This document shows positions 54,306-63,159 of a DNA stretch of 64,000 nt, one piece after another (positions within the stretch are counted from its first letter, which is position 1; each line of letters starts with the position of its first letter). Both the position numbers and the translations under genes were made by a program. The notes below the pieces were generated by a model. The model was not told the DNA's origin. It saw nothing but the letters and a program-made list of their open reading frames with translations, and did not search any database. This DNA is from a virus (taxonomy: Duplodnaviria; Caudoviricetes): IMG/VR virus record IMGVR_UViG_2868108522_000001, positions 22,546-86,545 of that record; one strand, written 5' to 3'.

Positions 54306-54661
54306 ACACGGCAGCCATCGTCGTCACGGTCCTCGGGTCGGTGCTCACACTCGTGGGCGTCTCGTTCACCGCCCGCGCCACGACCCGAGCCGCCCAGGCC
54401 ACCGCTCGGGCGAATACGGCGGCGGCACAAGCGGCGGCCGAACCCAACCAGCGGGCCGCAGACTTGGCAGCCTTTCAAGCGATCCGCAGCGACATGCAGG
54501 AAGAGATCGAGGAACTCCGCACGGAGACGAGATCGATGAGATCCCTGGTGCGGAGCTTCGCCGGCTACGTCCTGGACTTGACGACGCAGATGCGCCGCAA
54601 TGGCATCGAACCTCCGGCGCCACCTGCCCGCGTCGACGAGTACAACCGAACTGGAGTCTGA
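54302..54661 (+). CDS. TM plus coiled-coil protein (lysis cassette)
   Basis: N-terminal TM, coiled coil, GIEPP end. Confidence 0.7.
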   Translation: MNTAAIVVTVLGSVLTLVGVSFTARATTRAAQATARANTAAAQAAAEPNQRAADLAAFQAIRSDMQEEIEELRTETRSMRSLVRSFAGYVLDLTTQMRRNGIEPPAPPARVDEYNRTGV

Positions 54662-54663
54662 GC

Positions 54664-54840
54664 ATGCCTGACCCGATCCCCCTCCAGCCCCGGCAGGATC
54701 CGGGCGCCGCGGATGCCCGTTCGCTCGAGCAGATGGGCCGCATCGACCCGCAGCCCATACCCGAACCCGCCACCCAGCCGTTCCAGGAACCGGTCTACCC
54801 CGACCTGCCCGACGGGTACATGCCCGACGAGCCCGCATGA
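54664..54840 (+). CDS. Small Pro-rich protein
   Basis: 58-aa ORF MPDPIPLQPRQ... read from the sequence; GGAG RBS. Confidence 0.5.
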   Translation: MPDPIPLQPRQDPGAADARSLEQMGRIDPQPIPEPATQPFQEPVYPDLPDGYMPDEPA

Positions 54841-54843
54841 CAA

Positions 54844-54874
54844 CGCCCCGCCCTCCACACGGAGGGCGGGGCGC
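54844..54874. terminator. Bidirectional terminator ending the late operon
   Basis: CGCCCCGCCCTCC-acac-GGAGGGCGGGGCG. Confidence 0.8.
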
Positions 54875-54884
54875 TTCGTCGCGC

Positions 54885-55544
54885 TCAGGGCGCGAGCTGC
54901 TTCTTCACCTCGGCGACGTTCGGGCCGGAGTCCGTGGACGGCATCTGCCAGCGGTGCGCCTTGTTCTCACCGTCGATGTAGATCAGCGTGCCGCCCTTCG
55001 CCTGCTCGGGTGTCAGGTCGAAGACTTGGGCCCGCCACTGGTAGGCGCCCGGCTGTACTGGGTCGGCACCGTTGTACTTGTCCAGTGTCACGTTCGTCGA
55101 GTTGCCGCTGTCCCAGCCGATCATCTCGCCGTCCGGGGCCATCCATGTCCAGCCGCCGCCGCTGATCGGCGCCGGCTCGTCGGCGGCGACGTCAGCCGTC
55201 GCCCGGTCCTTCATGGTGACCACGGCGAACACCCCGTTCGTGGCGGTCTCCCCAGAGGCATCCTTGGCGAAGACGACCGTGTCCGGGGTGATCTCCAGGA
55301 CGCCGGTTCCGCCGTCGCCCGCCGTCTGGGCTGACTTCCCCAGCGCCAGGCCCTCGCCGCCCTCCGAGGCGCCTGTGGACCCACCGCTAGGCTCGCCGCC
55401 TCCCGTCGGATCGCCACTCGACGTCGGCTCCCCAGGAGCGGACGTGCTGGGCTTCTCCGCCGGCTTGTCGTCGTCCCCGCCGCCGCACGCAGTGAGGGCC
55501 GCCAGGAGCAGGATGGCCGTAGCCGCAGTCGCTCGTCCGCGCAC
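54885..55544 (-). CDS. Lipoprotein
   Basis: Lipobox LTAC after a hydrophobic signal; low-complexity linker. Confidence 0.85.
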   Translation of the reverse strand: MRGRATAATAILLLAALTACGGGDDDKPAEKPSTSAPGEPTSSGDPTGGGEPSGGSTGASEGGEGLALGKSAQTAGDGGTGVLEITPDTVVFAKDASGETATNGVFAVVTMKDRATADVAADEPAPISGGGWTWMAPDGEMIGWDSGNSTNVTLDKYNGADPVQPGAYQWRAQVFDLTPEQAKGGTLIYIDGENKAHRWQMPSTDSGPNVAEVKKQLAP

Positions 55545-55549
55545 GCCGA

Positions 55550-56191
55550 TCAGCCCCAGCCGCCGAGGAAGTCGCCGTTGAGCTGCGCCGAGCAGATGTT
55601 GTAGTCCCCGGACGCGTGGCCCTTCTTTGTCTCGCCGTCGACGGTCACCGAGCAGTTGATGTCGCCACCGCCCATCAGTTGCGCGTTGACCTGGTACCAG
55701 AGCGCTTCGTCGTCAAGCTTCAGCGTCTTCTCGAACGGCAGCCCCTTACCGGAGCGGCTGTCACTGTCGGAGCCGTAGTTGATGTCCACACCGGACGGCG
55801 CCGACCCCCACACCTTGAACACCACCTCACCCGACGGAGCGTCCGCCTCCTCGGCGGCGGGCGGATCGGCGGGCTTGTCATCGGCCTTCGGCTTCACCGT
55901 CTTCGTCACGGTGACCGTGGGCGCCGGCTTCGACTCGTCCTTCGCCGGCTTCGCCGCGGCTGCGGTCTCCGTGACGGTGACCGTCGGCTGCGGCTTCGCG
56001 TCCGCGCTCGTCTTCTCCGTCTCACTACCACCCGCGGCGCCGATACCGACGCCGACGAACAGAGTGAACACCGCGGCCGGGATCACGATCCGCTTCCGCG
56101 CCCACTTCGGGCCCGCCGACGGCGGCTGCGGAGGCATCGGCGGCTGCCCCGGGACCGGCGGCTGCTCAGGCGGCGGCTGATTGAACGACAT
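55550..56191 (-). CDS. Membrane-anchored protein with an MmpS-like C-terminal domain
   Basis: Pro-rich N-terminus, TM, PTVTVTET repeats, INCSVTVDG...C. Confidence 0.8.
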   Translation of the reverse strand: MSFNQPPPEQPPVPGQPPMPPQPPSAGPKWARKRIVIPAAVFTLFVGVGIGAAGGSETEKTSADAKPQPTVTVTETAAAAKPAKDESKPAPTVTVTKTVKPKADDKPADPPAAEEADAPSGEVVFKVWGSAPSGVDINYGSDSDSRSGKGLPFEKTLKLDDEALWYQVNAQLMGGGDINCSVTVDGETKKGHASGDYNICSAQLNGDFLGGWG

Positions 56192-56582
56192 GGTCCCCCC
56201 AAGGTTGAACGTTGGAACACGGTAGAGCAGATGTGAGGGAACTGTGAGGGCGGGTTACCGGTCTGTGACATAGGCGTCCCATCCAAACGGGCGCACTGTG
56301 TCGCCTCACTGCCCGTCTCGTTCACTAGTGGTGACCGACTACTTCTGCATCCGCTGCGCCGAAGCCCGGCTCGGGCCGGCCGCCGCCAGGGAGGCTCGCC
56401 GCAGTGCAGCCGCCGCCCCACGCTTCGCCCCGGAGCAGGTTTCCTCCCTCCAGGCTCTCTTTCGATCGGCGCGAACGCCCGGCGTGGACGTCGGCACCGC
56501 CCGGCGCTGCGAGGGGTGCGAGGTCGATCCGTCGCATAGCGCATAACGCCCGCAGCGGTGCTGGTGATTGGTCGGGGGTGGA

Positions 56583-56625
56583 CTCTCGATAACATGCCAT
56601 ATCGCGGGCGAAAAAACGGTACAAT
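56583..56625. promoter_or_regulatory. lox/crs-like inverted repeat next to the promoter of the recombinase operon
   Basis: CTCTCGATA-ACATGCCA-TATCGCGGG (8-bp asymmetric spacer); TACAAT -10 at 56620, 5 nt before ATG. Confidence 0.55.
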
Positions 56626-56630
56626 TAGGC

Positions 56631-57056
56631 ATGGCTGATGACTCGAACACGGCACCCGATACGGCTCGCGTCTTCCCTCTGGCGGACATCCTGTCTGTCA
56701 CCACGGGCCTGATGCTCACACGCCGCACTCCCAGCCCTGGCGCGGCACTCGACGAGATCTTCCAGTACATGACCGGCGAGAAGCTCGCGTGGTGGCAGGC
56801 GCCGCGCGCCGCCGACGCGTGTACTGACGCGTTCATCCAGCAACACCCCTTCCTGGCAGACCTGAAGCCGCCCAAGGTTCACAAGAGCCCCATCGGCAAG
56901 GCGACGCTTCTCCTGTGGCTCACGACCGCCGAGCTGAAGCACGGCACCCAGCTGCCCGTCGAGCCGCTGACCGATTGGGTGCGCCAGGACTCGGGGCAGG
57001 AACTCTTGGACCGCATCGAGCTGGTGAACCTGCCGTCAGTCGAGGCGGGACCGTGA
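56631..57056 (+). CDS. Conserved-looking hypothetical protein
   Basis: F.LADILSVTTG...YMTGE.L...Q.PRAA..C....QQHP.L; leaderless. Confidence 0.75.
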   Translation: MADDSNTAPDTARVFPLADILSVTTGLMLTRRTPSPGAALDEIFQYMTGEKLAWWQAPRAADACTDAFIQQHPFLADLKPPKVHKSPIGKATLLLWLTTAELKHGTQLPVEPLTDWVRQDSGQELLDRIELVNLPSVEAGP

Positions 57057-58072
57057 CCGCCCTTGTCCAGCATCAGCCGGACGCCCTCCCTGCCGCCTAC
57101 GACGCTGCGACGCTCGCCGTCCTGGCCGCCATGGAAGAGGCAGCCGAGAAGCACCTCGACGCCATCCGCCCCCACAACACCAAACGCGGATACGCCAACG
57201 ACTGGGCGCTGTGGGAGGCGTTCCACGACTGGCTGGGGGAGCGCACCGGGCACCGCATCGCGTCGACCAACGTCACCAAGGGCACGCTCGTCGGCTTCGT
57301 CGTCTGGCTCGACACCATCAAGCTCGCCGCACCCAACAGCATCGACCGCAGGATCACCGGCGTCACCGTCACCGCCCGGAACGAACACGGGGTAGAGGTC
57401 CCGAAGGCCGCCACCGTCGCCGCGCGGCAAGCGCTCAAGCCGCTGAAGAACGATCCCGAACGGCAAGCGCGCGGCAGGGGCAAGGCCGCCGCCGTCACCC
57501 CCGAACAACTCCGGCAGATGAACGCTGCCGTCGCCGACGGACTCACCGGACTACGCGACCGCGCCCTCTGGCTCATGGCCTTCGCCATCGCTGGCCGCTC
57601 CGCCGAAGTCGCCGCGCTCCGCGCCGAGGCGATCGTCCACGTCAGCCAAGGACTCGAAGTCCACGTCCCCGCCGTGAAGGGCCGCCCGCCACGGGACGTC
57701 GTCGTCGGCTACGGCAAGAACCCCGACACCTGCCCCGTCCGCGCCTGGCTCACCTGGCGTGCCGCCGCAGGAATCTCCACTGGGCCCGCCTTCCTGCCCA
57801 TCACCGTCCACGGCCGCCTCGGCGACCGCGCCCTCAGCCCGGAAGCGGTCCGGGAGATCATCGCCCGCAACGCCGAACGCGCTGGCCTCTCCGTCCGGCT
57901 CACCGGCCACTCGATGCGGGCCGGGTTCATCACCACCAGCCGGCGGGCCGGGAAGCGCGAAGAGAAGATCCGCGAACAGTCCGGCCACGCCGAGAACAGC
58001 CCTGCCTTCTGGGGCTACATCCGCGAAGCCGACAAGTGGACCGACGCCGCATCGGAGGACATCGGGCTGTGA
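57053..58072 (+). CDS. Tyrosine recombinase (Cre/resolvase-like)
   Basis: NTKRGY..DW SAM-like N-domain; RDRAL...GRSAE, K, GHSMRAG, GH, YIR catalytic set. Confidence 0.92.
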   Translation: MTALVQHQPDALPAAYDAATLAVLAAMEEAAEKHLDAIRPHNTKRGYANDWALWEAFHDWLGERTGHRIASTNVTKGTLVGFVVWLDTIKLAAPNSIDRRITGVTVTARNEHGVEVPKAATVAARQALKPLKNDPERQARGRGKAAAVTPEQLRQMNAAVADGLTGLRDRALWLMAFAIAGRSAEVAALRAEAIVHVSQGLEVHVPAVKGRPPRDVVVGYGKNPDTCPVRAWLTWRAAAGISTGPAFLPITVHGRLGDRALSPEAVREIIARNAERAGLSVRLTGHSMRAGFITTSRRAGKREEKIREQSGHAENSPAFWGYIREADKWTDAASEDIGL

Positions 58073-58536
58073 CAACCCCAAGCGACCAAGCGGCCATCGA
58101 GGTGCTCAAGCAGCGGGACTACGTGTGCAGCATCTGCCGCGAGACAAAGGTCGGGACCGAGTTCCGCTGGAGCCTCTACAAGCGCGACAGCTACTGCAAG
58201 GTCTGTCGTCGCGCGAAGGACAGGGAGCGCTACAAGAACAGCAACGGCGCAGGGAAGGATCGGGTCTTCGACCAGAGCCTCCGCCGCCTCTACGGCATCA
58301 CCCTGGTTCGGTACAACGAGATGCTGGCGGAGCAAGGTCACCTCTGTGCCCTTTGCGGGGAGAAGCCGGAGACAGACCGGAGGATGCACGTGGACCACGA
58401 TCACGCGACGGGCAAGATACGCGCCCTCCTGTGCCACCACTGCAACCTGCTGTTGGGCAATGCCAAGGACTCCGTAGACAGGCTGAAGCAGGCGATTGCC
58501 TACCTGGAGGTGCATGGCCAGCGACCTGCCGCCTGA
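58069..58536 (+). CDS. Endonuclease VII domain protein
   Basis: YGIT..Y..M...Q...CALC...VDHDH.TGKIR.LLC..CN..LG. Confidence 0.9.
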   Translation: MTTPSDQAAIEVLKQRDYVCSICRETKVGTEFRWSLYKRDSYCKVCRRAKDRERYKNSNGAGKDRVFDQSLRRLYGITLVRYNEMLAEQGHLCALCGEKPETDRRMHVDHDHATGKIRALLCHHCNLLLGNAKDSVDRLKQAIAYLEVHGQRPAA

Positions 58537-58543
58537 CCACGGC

Positions 58544-58577
58544 AACGCCCCCGCGGCCAGTCGGCTGCGGGGGCGTT
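58544..58577 (+). terminator. Intrinsic terminator
   Basis: AACGCCCCCGCGGCC / GGCTGCGGGGGCGTT. Confidence 0.75.
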
Positions 58578-58810
58578 CTGCTGTCCGTCGGGGTCTAGCC
58601 CCACCATGTGTCGCTCATGGCGCCTCCCCATGTAGGTGCGGCCTGCCGAGGGGTTACTCCCCACGCCCCGAGGGGTCGCTGCGAACGAGGCAGGCCGCCC
58701 AGACACGGTAGACGGAAGACGCCCGTCCTGTCACCGGCCGTGCCAAACTGGCCTCGGCCCCGTCGCGCATCCCCCGTCGCGACGGGGCTACCTGCTGGAA
58801 GGATGCTGCT

Positions 58811-59179
58811 GTGGGTGACGAGTTGCGCAGCTTGGTGGGCAGTCGACGGCGCGAGGTCGGCTTGTCGTACCAGTCCCTGGCCGCTGCGTGTCAGGAGTTT
58901 GGCGGGGCCGCGGCGGTGTCGTCGGGCTGGCTGCACCGCCTGGAGACGGGGGCTCCGATCAACGCGCCGTCCACCGACGCTCTGGATGCACTGGCCGCGG
59001 CTCTCAGGCTGGAGCCGGCACGGCTGCGCGAGGCTGCCGCCGCGCAGTTCTTTGGCGTTCGCGTGGACTGGGAGGCGTCGGGTGAGGCGGCTGACCTGCT
59101 CCGCATGGTGGGCGCTCTGCCGGAGCCTCAGCAGACTGCGCTGGTCGAGCTGGTCCGCGTGATGGCAAAGGACTGCTGA
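58811..59179 (+). CDS. XRE-family HTH regulator
   Basis: RREVGLSYQSLA...SSGWLHRLETG. Confidence 0.8.
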   Translation: MGDELRSLVGSRRREVGLSYQSLAAACQEFGGAAAVSSGWLHRLETGAPINAPSTDALDALAAALRLEPARLREAAAAQFFGVRVDWEASGEAADLLRMVGALPEPQQTALVELVRVMAKDC

Positions 59180-59394
59180 GCAGCTGCCTGCTCTGACATT
59201 CTGGTGGTGGTCACGCTCGTCTGCTTGCGGGAAACCGGGGCGCCCGAGATGGTGTCGGTGATAGCCGGGCGGGCCGTAAGCGCTGACGCGCAGCGAGCGG
59301 TGCTCAGTGGTCGTGGTTTCGGTGCTGCCACCGTGGCGCGACGGCCAGACTCCGAGTGTCCTCCCCTGAGACGTGGGGGAGGGCACTCGCGTGG

Positions 59395-59628
59395 TCAGGT
59401 GTTGTAGAGCGCTGTCTTGGGTCGGACAGCTTGCCCCGGGTACATCACACCCAGCCGGCGCTCCAGCCGCATCTCCATCTCGCGCGCAGCTTCCGCGCCC
59501 GCCGCATCTCCCGACCCGAGTAGATGCGCCACGTAGTGCAACGCCCGCGCTTCACCGACCGTAAGCAGCGGCAGCAGGTCCCCACCCTCGTCCAGCAGCG
59601 CCGACAGTTCCTCATCCCCAGGTTCCAT
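59395..59628 (-). CDS. Hypothetical protein
   Basis: ORF track. Confidence 0.45.
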   Translation of the reverse strand: MEPGDEELSALLDEGGDLLPLLTVGEARALHYVAHLLGSGDAAGAEAAREMEMRLERRLGVMYPGQAVRPKTALYNT

Positions 59629-59679
59629 GCCCCGGCCAACGCGTGCACCCCCGCCGCGGTACGGGCTCCGGCGGGTCCG

Positions 59680-59865
59680 TCACCTGTTTGGCGGCGCATG
59701 CAGCAGTCGGGCCAGCCTGGACCGCGCCGTAGCCACGTCCACGTCGTCGGTCGGAGCCTGCTCCAACGCGCGCAACGTCGCCCAAGCCTGAGCGCCGGTC
59801 AGGTACAGGGAGTAAACGCCCTCGTCGTCGGTGGGTTCGGCAACCGCTTCCTGGAATGACTTCAC
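59680..59865 (-). CDS. Hypothetical protein
   Basis: ORF track. Confidence 0.4.
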   Translation of the reverse strand: MKSFQEAVAEPTDDEGVYSLYLTGAQAWATLRALEQAPTDDVDVATARSRLARLLHAPPNR

Positions 59866-59904
59866 GGTGACGGCAACGGGGCGGACACCGAAGAGGTCAC
59901 GGGA

Positions 59905-60090
59905 TCACCCCTTCGCCGTCAGCAGTTCCCCGGGCTTGACGGCCACCTCGTCGATGTCGGTGGCCCCGGCCGCCTCCAGTTCCTTCCGCCGCCGGTCGGC
60001 GCTGATTCGGTCGTAGGCGACGGCGGAGGCCCGCGGGGTGCCGTCGGGGTCGGTCCAGGTGAAGCTGTAGCTCTGCATCGTGATCGGCAT
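59905..60090 (-). CDS. Hypothetical protein
   Basis: WTDPDGTPRAS.VAYD; leaderless ATG. Confidence 0.6.
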   Translation of the reverse strand: MPITMQSYSFTWTDPDGTPRASAVAYDRISADRRRKELEAAGATDIDEVAVKPGELLTAKG

Positions 60091-60125
60091 GAGGGTATTT
60101 TGCCTGGTGGCACTGTCAGCGGCCC

Positions 60126-60338
60126 CTACTGCTCCCACTCGTCGGGGCCACCGCCCTGCCACTCGATGCCTGCCGACCGGACGACGTCCATGTCGTCGAA
60201 GGACTGGAGCCCGGCCTCTTGGATGAAGGCGGCGACGTCGGTGGTCGTGTAGGCGATGCCGACGAATCGCCCGTTGATGCGGACGCGTCGGCCGCCGTCG
60301 GGGTCGGGCGGGTAGATGACGACGGGGTGATCATTCAT
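60126..60338 (-). CDS. Small hypothetical protein of a Streptomyces mobile-element type
   Basis: VVIYPP...GGRRVR..G..VG.AY...IEW.GGGPD.W. Confidence 0.7.
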   Translation of the reverse strand: MNDHPVVIYPPDPDGGRRVRINGRFVGIAYTTTDVAAFIQEAGLQSFDDMDVVRSAGIEWQGGGPDEWEQ

Positions 60339-60432
60339 GGGTTCAGGGTGGGCGGGATGCTGCCGCCGCGCATGCGGGGCGCCGTGCCCACTCGTAGGCT
60401 GGCTGTGCTCGGGGCTGTCTCGGAGGTTCGTC

Positions 60433-61332
60433 ATGCCCCGCACTATCTGGTCCGGCGCCATCAGCTTCGGTTTGGTCACGGTCCCCATCCACGTCGTGTC
60501 GGCCACCGAGGACCACAGCATCCACTTCCACCGGGTGCACCTGGAGGACATGGCCCGGGTGCGGACCCGGAAGGTGTGCGAGCTGGAGGACCGCGAGGTC
60601 CGCACCGACGAGATCGGCAAGGGCTACGAGATCGCCCGCGACCAGATCGTGCCCATCTCCGACGAGGAACTGCGGGACCTGCCACTGCCAACGGCCAAGG
60701 CGATCGAGATCGTCGCGTTCATGCCGTGGGAGTCGATCGACCCGATCCGCATCGGCGACGGCTACTACCTCGCCCCGGACGGGCAGGTCGCCGCGAAGCC
60801 GTACAAGCTGCTCCGCCAGGCCTTGGAGAGGTCGTTGCGGGTGGCGGTGGCCCGGTACGCCTGGTCCGGCCGGGAACGGTTGGGTCTGCTCCGCGTCCGC
60901 GACGAGGCGATCGTCCTGCACGCGATGCGCTGGCCCGACGAGATCCGCGACCCGTCGCCGCTCCTGCCGCCGCCGGTGGAGCTCACCGACGAGGAGATCG
61001 AGGGGGCGCTCGCCCTCATGGACACCATGACCCGCGACGACCTCGACGCTCCGGAGTTCCGCGACACGTACACCGAGGCCGTGGCGGAGCTGATCGAGGC
61101 GAAGCGCGAGCATCGCGAACCGCCGGCCGCGCCGGAGCCTGCCGCAGAGTCGGGGCAGATCGTCGACCTCATGGCCGCCCTCCAGCAGTCCGTGTCGAAG
61201 GCCAAGGAGTCCCGCGGCGAGAACGCCGAGCACGCGGACGTGCACGAGATGCCGAAGAAGCGGGCCGTGAAGAAGCCGGCGAAGAAGACCGCGGCGAAGA
61301 AGACGGCCCGGAAGCCGCGGAAGTCGGCCTAG
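60433..61332 (+). CDS. ku: Ku DNA end-binding protein (NHEJ)
   Basis: IWSGAISFGLVTVP, KGYE, YYLAP, Y.LL..AL, DLMAALQQS, basic C-tail. Confidence 0.95.
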   Translation: MPRTIWSGAISFGLVTVPIHVVSATEDHSIHFHRVHLEDMARVRTRKVCELEDREVRTDEIGKGYEIARDQIVPISDEELRDLPLPTAKAIEIVAFMPWESIDPIRIGDGYYLAPDGQVAAKPYKLLRQALERSLRVAVARYAWSGRERLGLLRVRDEAIVLHAMRWPDEIRDPSPLLPPPVELTDEEIEGALALMDTMTRDDLDAPEFRDTYTEAVAELIEAKREHREPPAAPEPAAESGQIVDLMAALQQSVSKAKESRGENAEHADVHEMPKKRAVKKPAKKTAAKKTARKPRKSA

Positions 61333-61667
61333 CTCTCGAGGAAGCCGAGCGCACTGTCGGGCCGGCACACGTCGCACGGCTTGACGCCTTCGGTGATGGC
61401 GCGGCGGGCTTCGTCGAGGCTGATGCCGCGGGTGCGCTTGCCCTCGTTCCAGCAGTCGCCGACGTGCACCTGGACGGGCGGGCTGTCCGGGTTGAGGCCC
61501 AGCTCCAGCAGCCAGTCGGGTGGCTTCGGCCGGTCTTGGATGCCGCGCTGCCGTTCGGCTTCCCGCTGCTCGGCGATCCTGATGGCGGCCCGCACTTGGT
61601 CGAGGGTGAGGGCGAGCCACGTCTCCAGGGTGCGGAGTCGCGGCAGGTCAGGCGGCAGGTCGGTCAC
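61329..61667 (-). CDS. DUF6233-like protein
   Basis: DLPRLRTLETW...VHVGDCW...ARRA...GV.PC.VCRPD..LG. Confidence 0.8.
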   Translation of the reverse strand: MTDLPPDLPRLRTLETWLALTLDQVRAAIRIAEQREAERQRGIQDRPKPPDWLLELGLNPDSPPVQVHVGDCWNEGKRTRGISLDEARRAITEGVKPCDVCRPDSALGFLES

Positions 61668-61688
61668 GCCTCCAGCTTGCCCCAAAAA

Positions 61689-61704
61689 TCGAACACGTGC
61701 TCCC
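61689..61704. promoter_or_regulatory. Degenerate actinobacterial SOS (LexA) box
   Basis: TCGAAC-ACGT-GCTCCC versus TCGAAC-N4-GTTCGA; one half site perfect. Confidence 0.45.
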
Positions 61705-61712
61705 ATCAAGGT

Positions 61713-61937
61713 ATGGGCAGATACCGCGTCGACTACCTCACCCCACGGCAGGAGCAGATCCTCCGCGTCATCCGCCAGGTCATCACCGACGACGGTGTCG
61801 CCCCTACCGTCGCCGAGATCGCCGACCAGGTCGGCATGCGGTCCTGGTCATCCGTCCACTACCAGCTGCGCGAGCTGGAAACGAAGGGCGCCATCGTCCG
61901 CGAGCCCCACCAGCCGCGCGGAATCCGGCTCGCATGA
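61713..61937 (+). CDS. LexA DNA-binding-domain-only protein
   Basis: LTPRQEQIL..I......GVAPTVAEI...VG..S.SSV.YQL..LE.KG.I.R...PRGI; no S24 peptidase domain. Confidence 0.85.
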   Translation: MGRYRVDYLTPRQEQILRVIRQVITDDGVAPTVAEIADQVGMRSWSSVHYQLRELETKGAIVREPHQPRGIRLA

Positions 61938-61968
61938 TGACCTGCATGACGACGCGCATGAAGCTCGC

Positions 61969-62166
61969 ATGACTGCCGGCCGCTACCGGGTAACCGTCAC
62001 CATCGACGGCGAGCCGCTGCTCCAGGGCTGGTGGGACGACGAGATGGTGGCCCGCGGCAAGTACACGTCGTGGATCGGCGAGCACGGCAGCCGGCTGGGA
62101 GCCCGCGTCACCCTCGTGGATGAGGGGACGGGGGAGACGTTGACGGAGTGGCCAGACCCTGCCTGA
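61969..62166 (+). CDS. Small hypothetical protein
   Basis: GWWD.E..AR.K..SWIGE.G...ARVTLVD...L..WP. Confidence 0.7.
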   Translation: MTAGRYRVTVTIDGEPLLQGWWDDEMVARGKYTSWIGEHGSRLGARVTLVDEGTGETLTEWPDPA

Positions 62167-62175
62167 TCTGCTGCC

Positions 62176-62358
62176 ATGCTGTCGGCTATGAGCGTCCGCC
62201 CGTTCCCGTCTGCTGCTCGCGCCCGCCGTCAGGTGATGCGCCGCCACGGCAATCAGATCCCCGCCCACCTGCTGCCCGCACCGCGTGACCCGCATGGCGA
62301 GCCGGGCGTGTACGTGCTGTCGACGCGACGCCCCGGCACTGTCAGCGACCCCTCGTAG
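62176..62358 (+). CDS. Hypothetical protein
   Basis: ORF track. Confidence 0.35.
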   Translation: MLSAMSVRPFPSAARARRQVMRRHGNQIPAHLLPAPRDPHGEPGVYVLSTRRPGTVSDPS

Positions 62359-62417
62359 ACTGGTCTGATCCGTTGCTGGCACTAGCAAGCGCGGGTTTGT
62401 AGTGGCTGAGCTGAAGC

Positions 62418-62447
62418 GGCCCCGTCTGGTCACGCAGACGGGGCCTG
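62418..62447. terminator. Terminator hairpin
   Basis: GGCCCCGTCTG / CAGACGGGGCC. Confidence 0.7.
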
Positions 62448-62453
62448 CTGCTG

Positions 62454-62681
62454 TCAGGCCGCGTCGACCTCCGGGTGTCGGACGGCTTTCTTCGCCGCCA
62501 TCTCCACCTCGTACCGGCTCGTCCCTTCGGCTGCCGCGTGCTCGACGACGGCGGCCTGGAAGGTGTCGGCGGCGTCTCGCCATGCGGCGCGGGTGTCGGC
62601 GTCGGGGTTGGCGGTGTAGGCGGCGTGCGCTTCCTCGGCCAGCCGCTCCAAGTTCACAAGATCTTCGAAGGTGTGTGCCAC
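62454..62681 (-). CDS. Small hypothetical protein
   Basis: WRDAA..FQAAV..HA.....RYEVEMA.KKAVRH; TAGGAT -10, leaderless. Confidence 0.7.
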   Translation of the reverse strand: MAHTFEDLVNLERLAEEAHAAYTANPDADTRAAWRDAADTFQAAVVEHAAAEGTSRYEVEMAAKKAVRHPEVDAA

Positions 62682-62690
62682 CCGGGGATC

Positions 62691-62894
62691 CTACGTGGCG
62701 TCGGCGGGTGGCTCGGGTGGGGCTGGCCGTCGCGGGTGCTCGGCACTGTCGCGGCGGACGTACCACTCCATGAAGCGGCGGATCTCTGCTGACCGGTCGC
62801 TGTCCACGCGTGCCGTGGCGTCGCCGAAGTCGGTCCAGAGTTGGTCGTCGACTCCGCGCACGCCGCGCAGCTTCTCCCGGTGTTGATTCGCCAT
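62691..62894 (-). CDS. Ribbon-helix-helix-like regulator
   Basis: RGVRGVDDQLW..F......DRSAEIRRFMEWY. Confidence 0.7.
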   Translation of the reverse strand: MANQHREKLRGVRGVDDQLWTDFGDATARVDSDRSAEIRRFMEWYVRRDSAEHPRRPAPPEPPADAT

Positions 62895-62908
62895 GCGGCA
62901 ATCATGCC

Positions 62909-62962
62909 CGGGTGGTTGACCACCCGTCTAGGGGGTGCGAATATTGGGGTGGTTAACCACCC
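62909..62962. promoter_or_regulatory. Two palindromic operators GGGTGGTT(G/A)ACCACCC
   Basis: 62910-62925 and 62947-62962 (the latter a perfect palindrome) in the divergent gap. Confidence 0.8.
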
Positions 62963-62979
62963 TCTAGCTGGGAGTAGAG

Positions 62980-63159
62980 ATGGCGAAAGTCCTGAAGGTT
63001 GGCGTCGAGATGGGCGGCCTGAGTGACGAGGACACGGTGCCGCTGCCTGACAACTGGGACCAGATGAGCGAAGACGAGCAGGGGAAGTGGGCTGACGAGG
63101 TGCTCGACGTTCACCTCTCCAACAACGTCAACGCGTGGTGGAACGTGGAGGATGAGTGA
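62980..63159 (+). CDS. Small acidic hypothetical protein
   Basis: 59-aa ORF MAKVLKVGVEMGG... read from the sequence; GGAG RBS. Confidence 0.6.
   Translation: MAKVLKVGVEMGGLSDEDTVPLPDNWDQMSEDEQGKWADEVLDVHLSNNVNAWWNVEDE

Noticed and set aside
57053-58072. Tyrosine recombinase as the prophage integrase marking the element end
   Set aside because: No adjacent tRNA, att duplication or host genes; mobile-type genes continue on both sides; architecture is resolvase-like (not fully excluded)
60114-60135. Plus-strand TGTCAG as another damage promoter
   Set aside because: No TANNNT at the required 10-nt spacing
60219-61937. 572-aa ORF apparently fusing a long N-terminus to a LexA domain
   Set aside because: Off-frame overlap with Ku in high-GC DNA; only 61713-61937 has protein-like sequence
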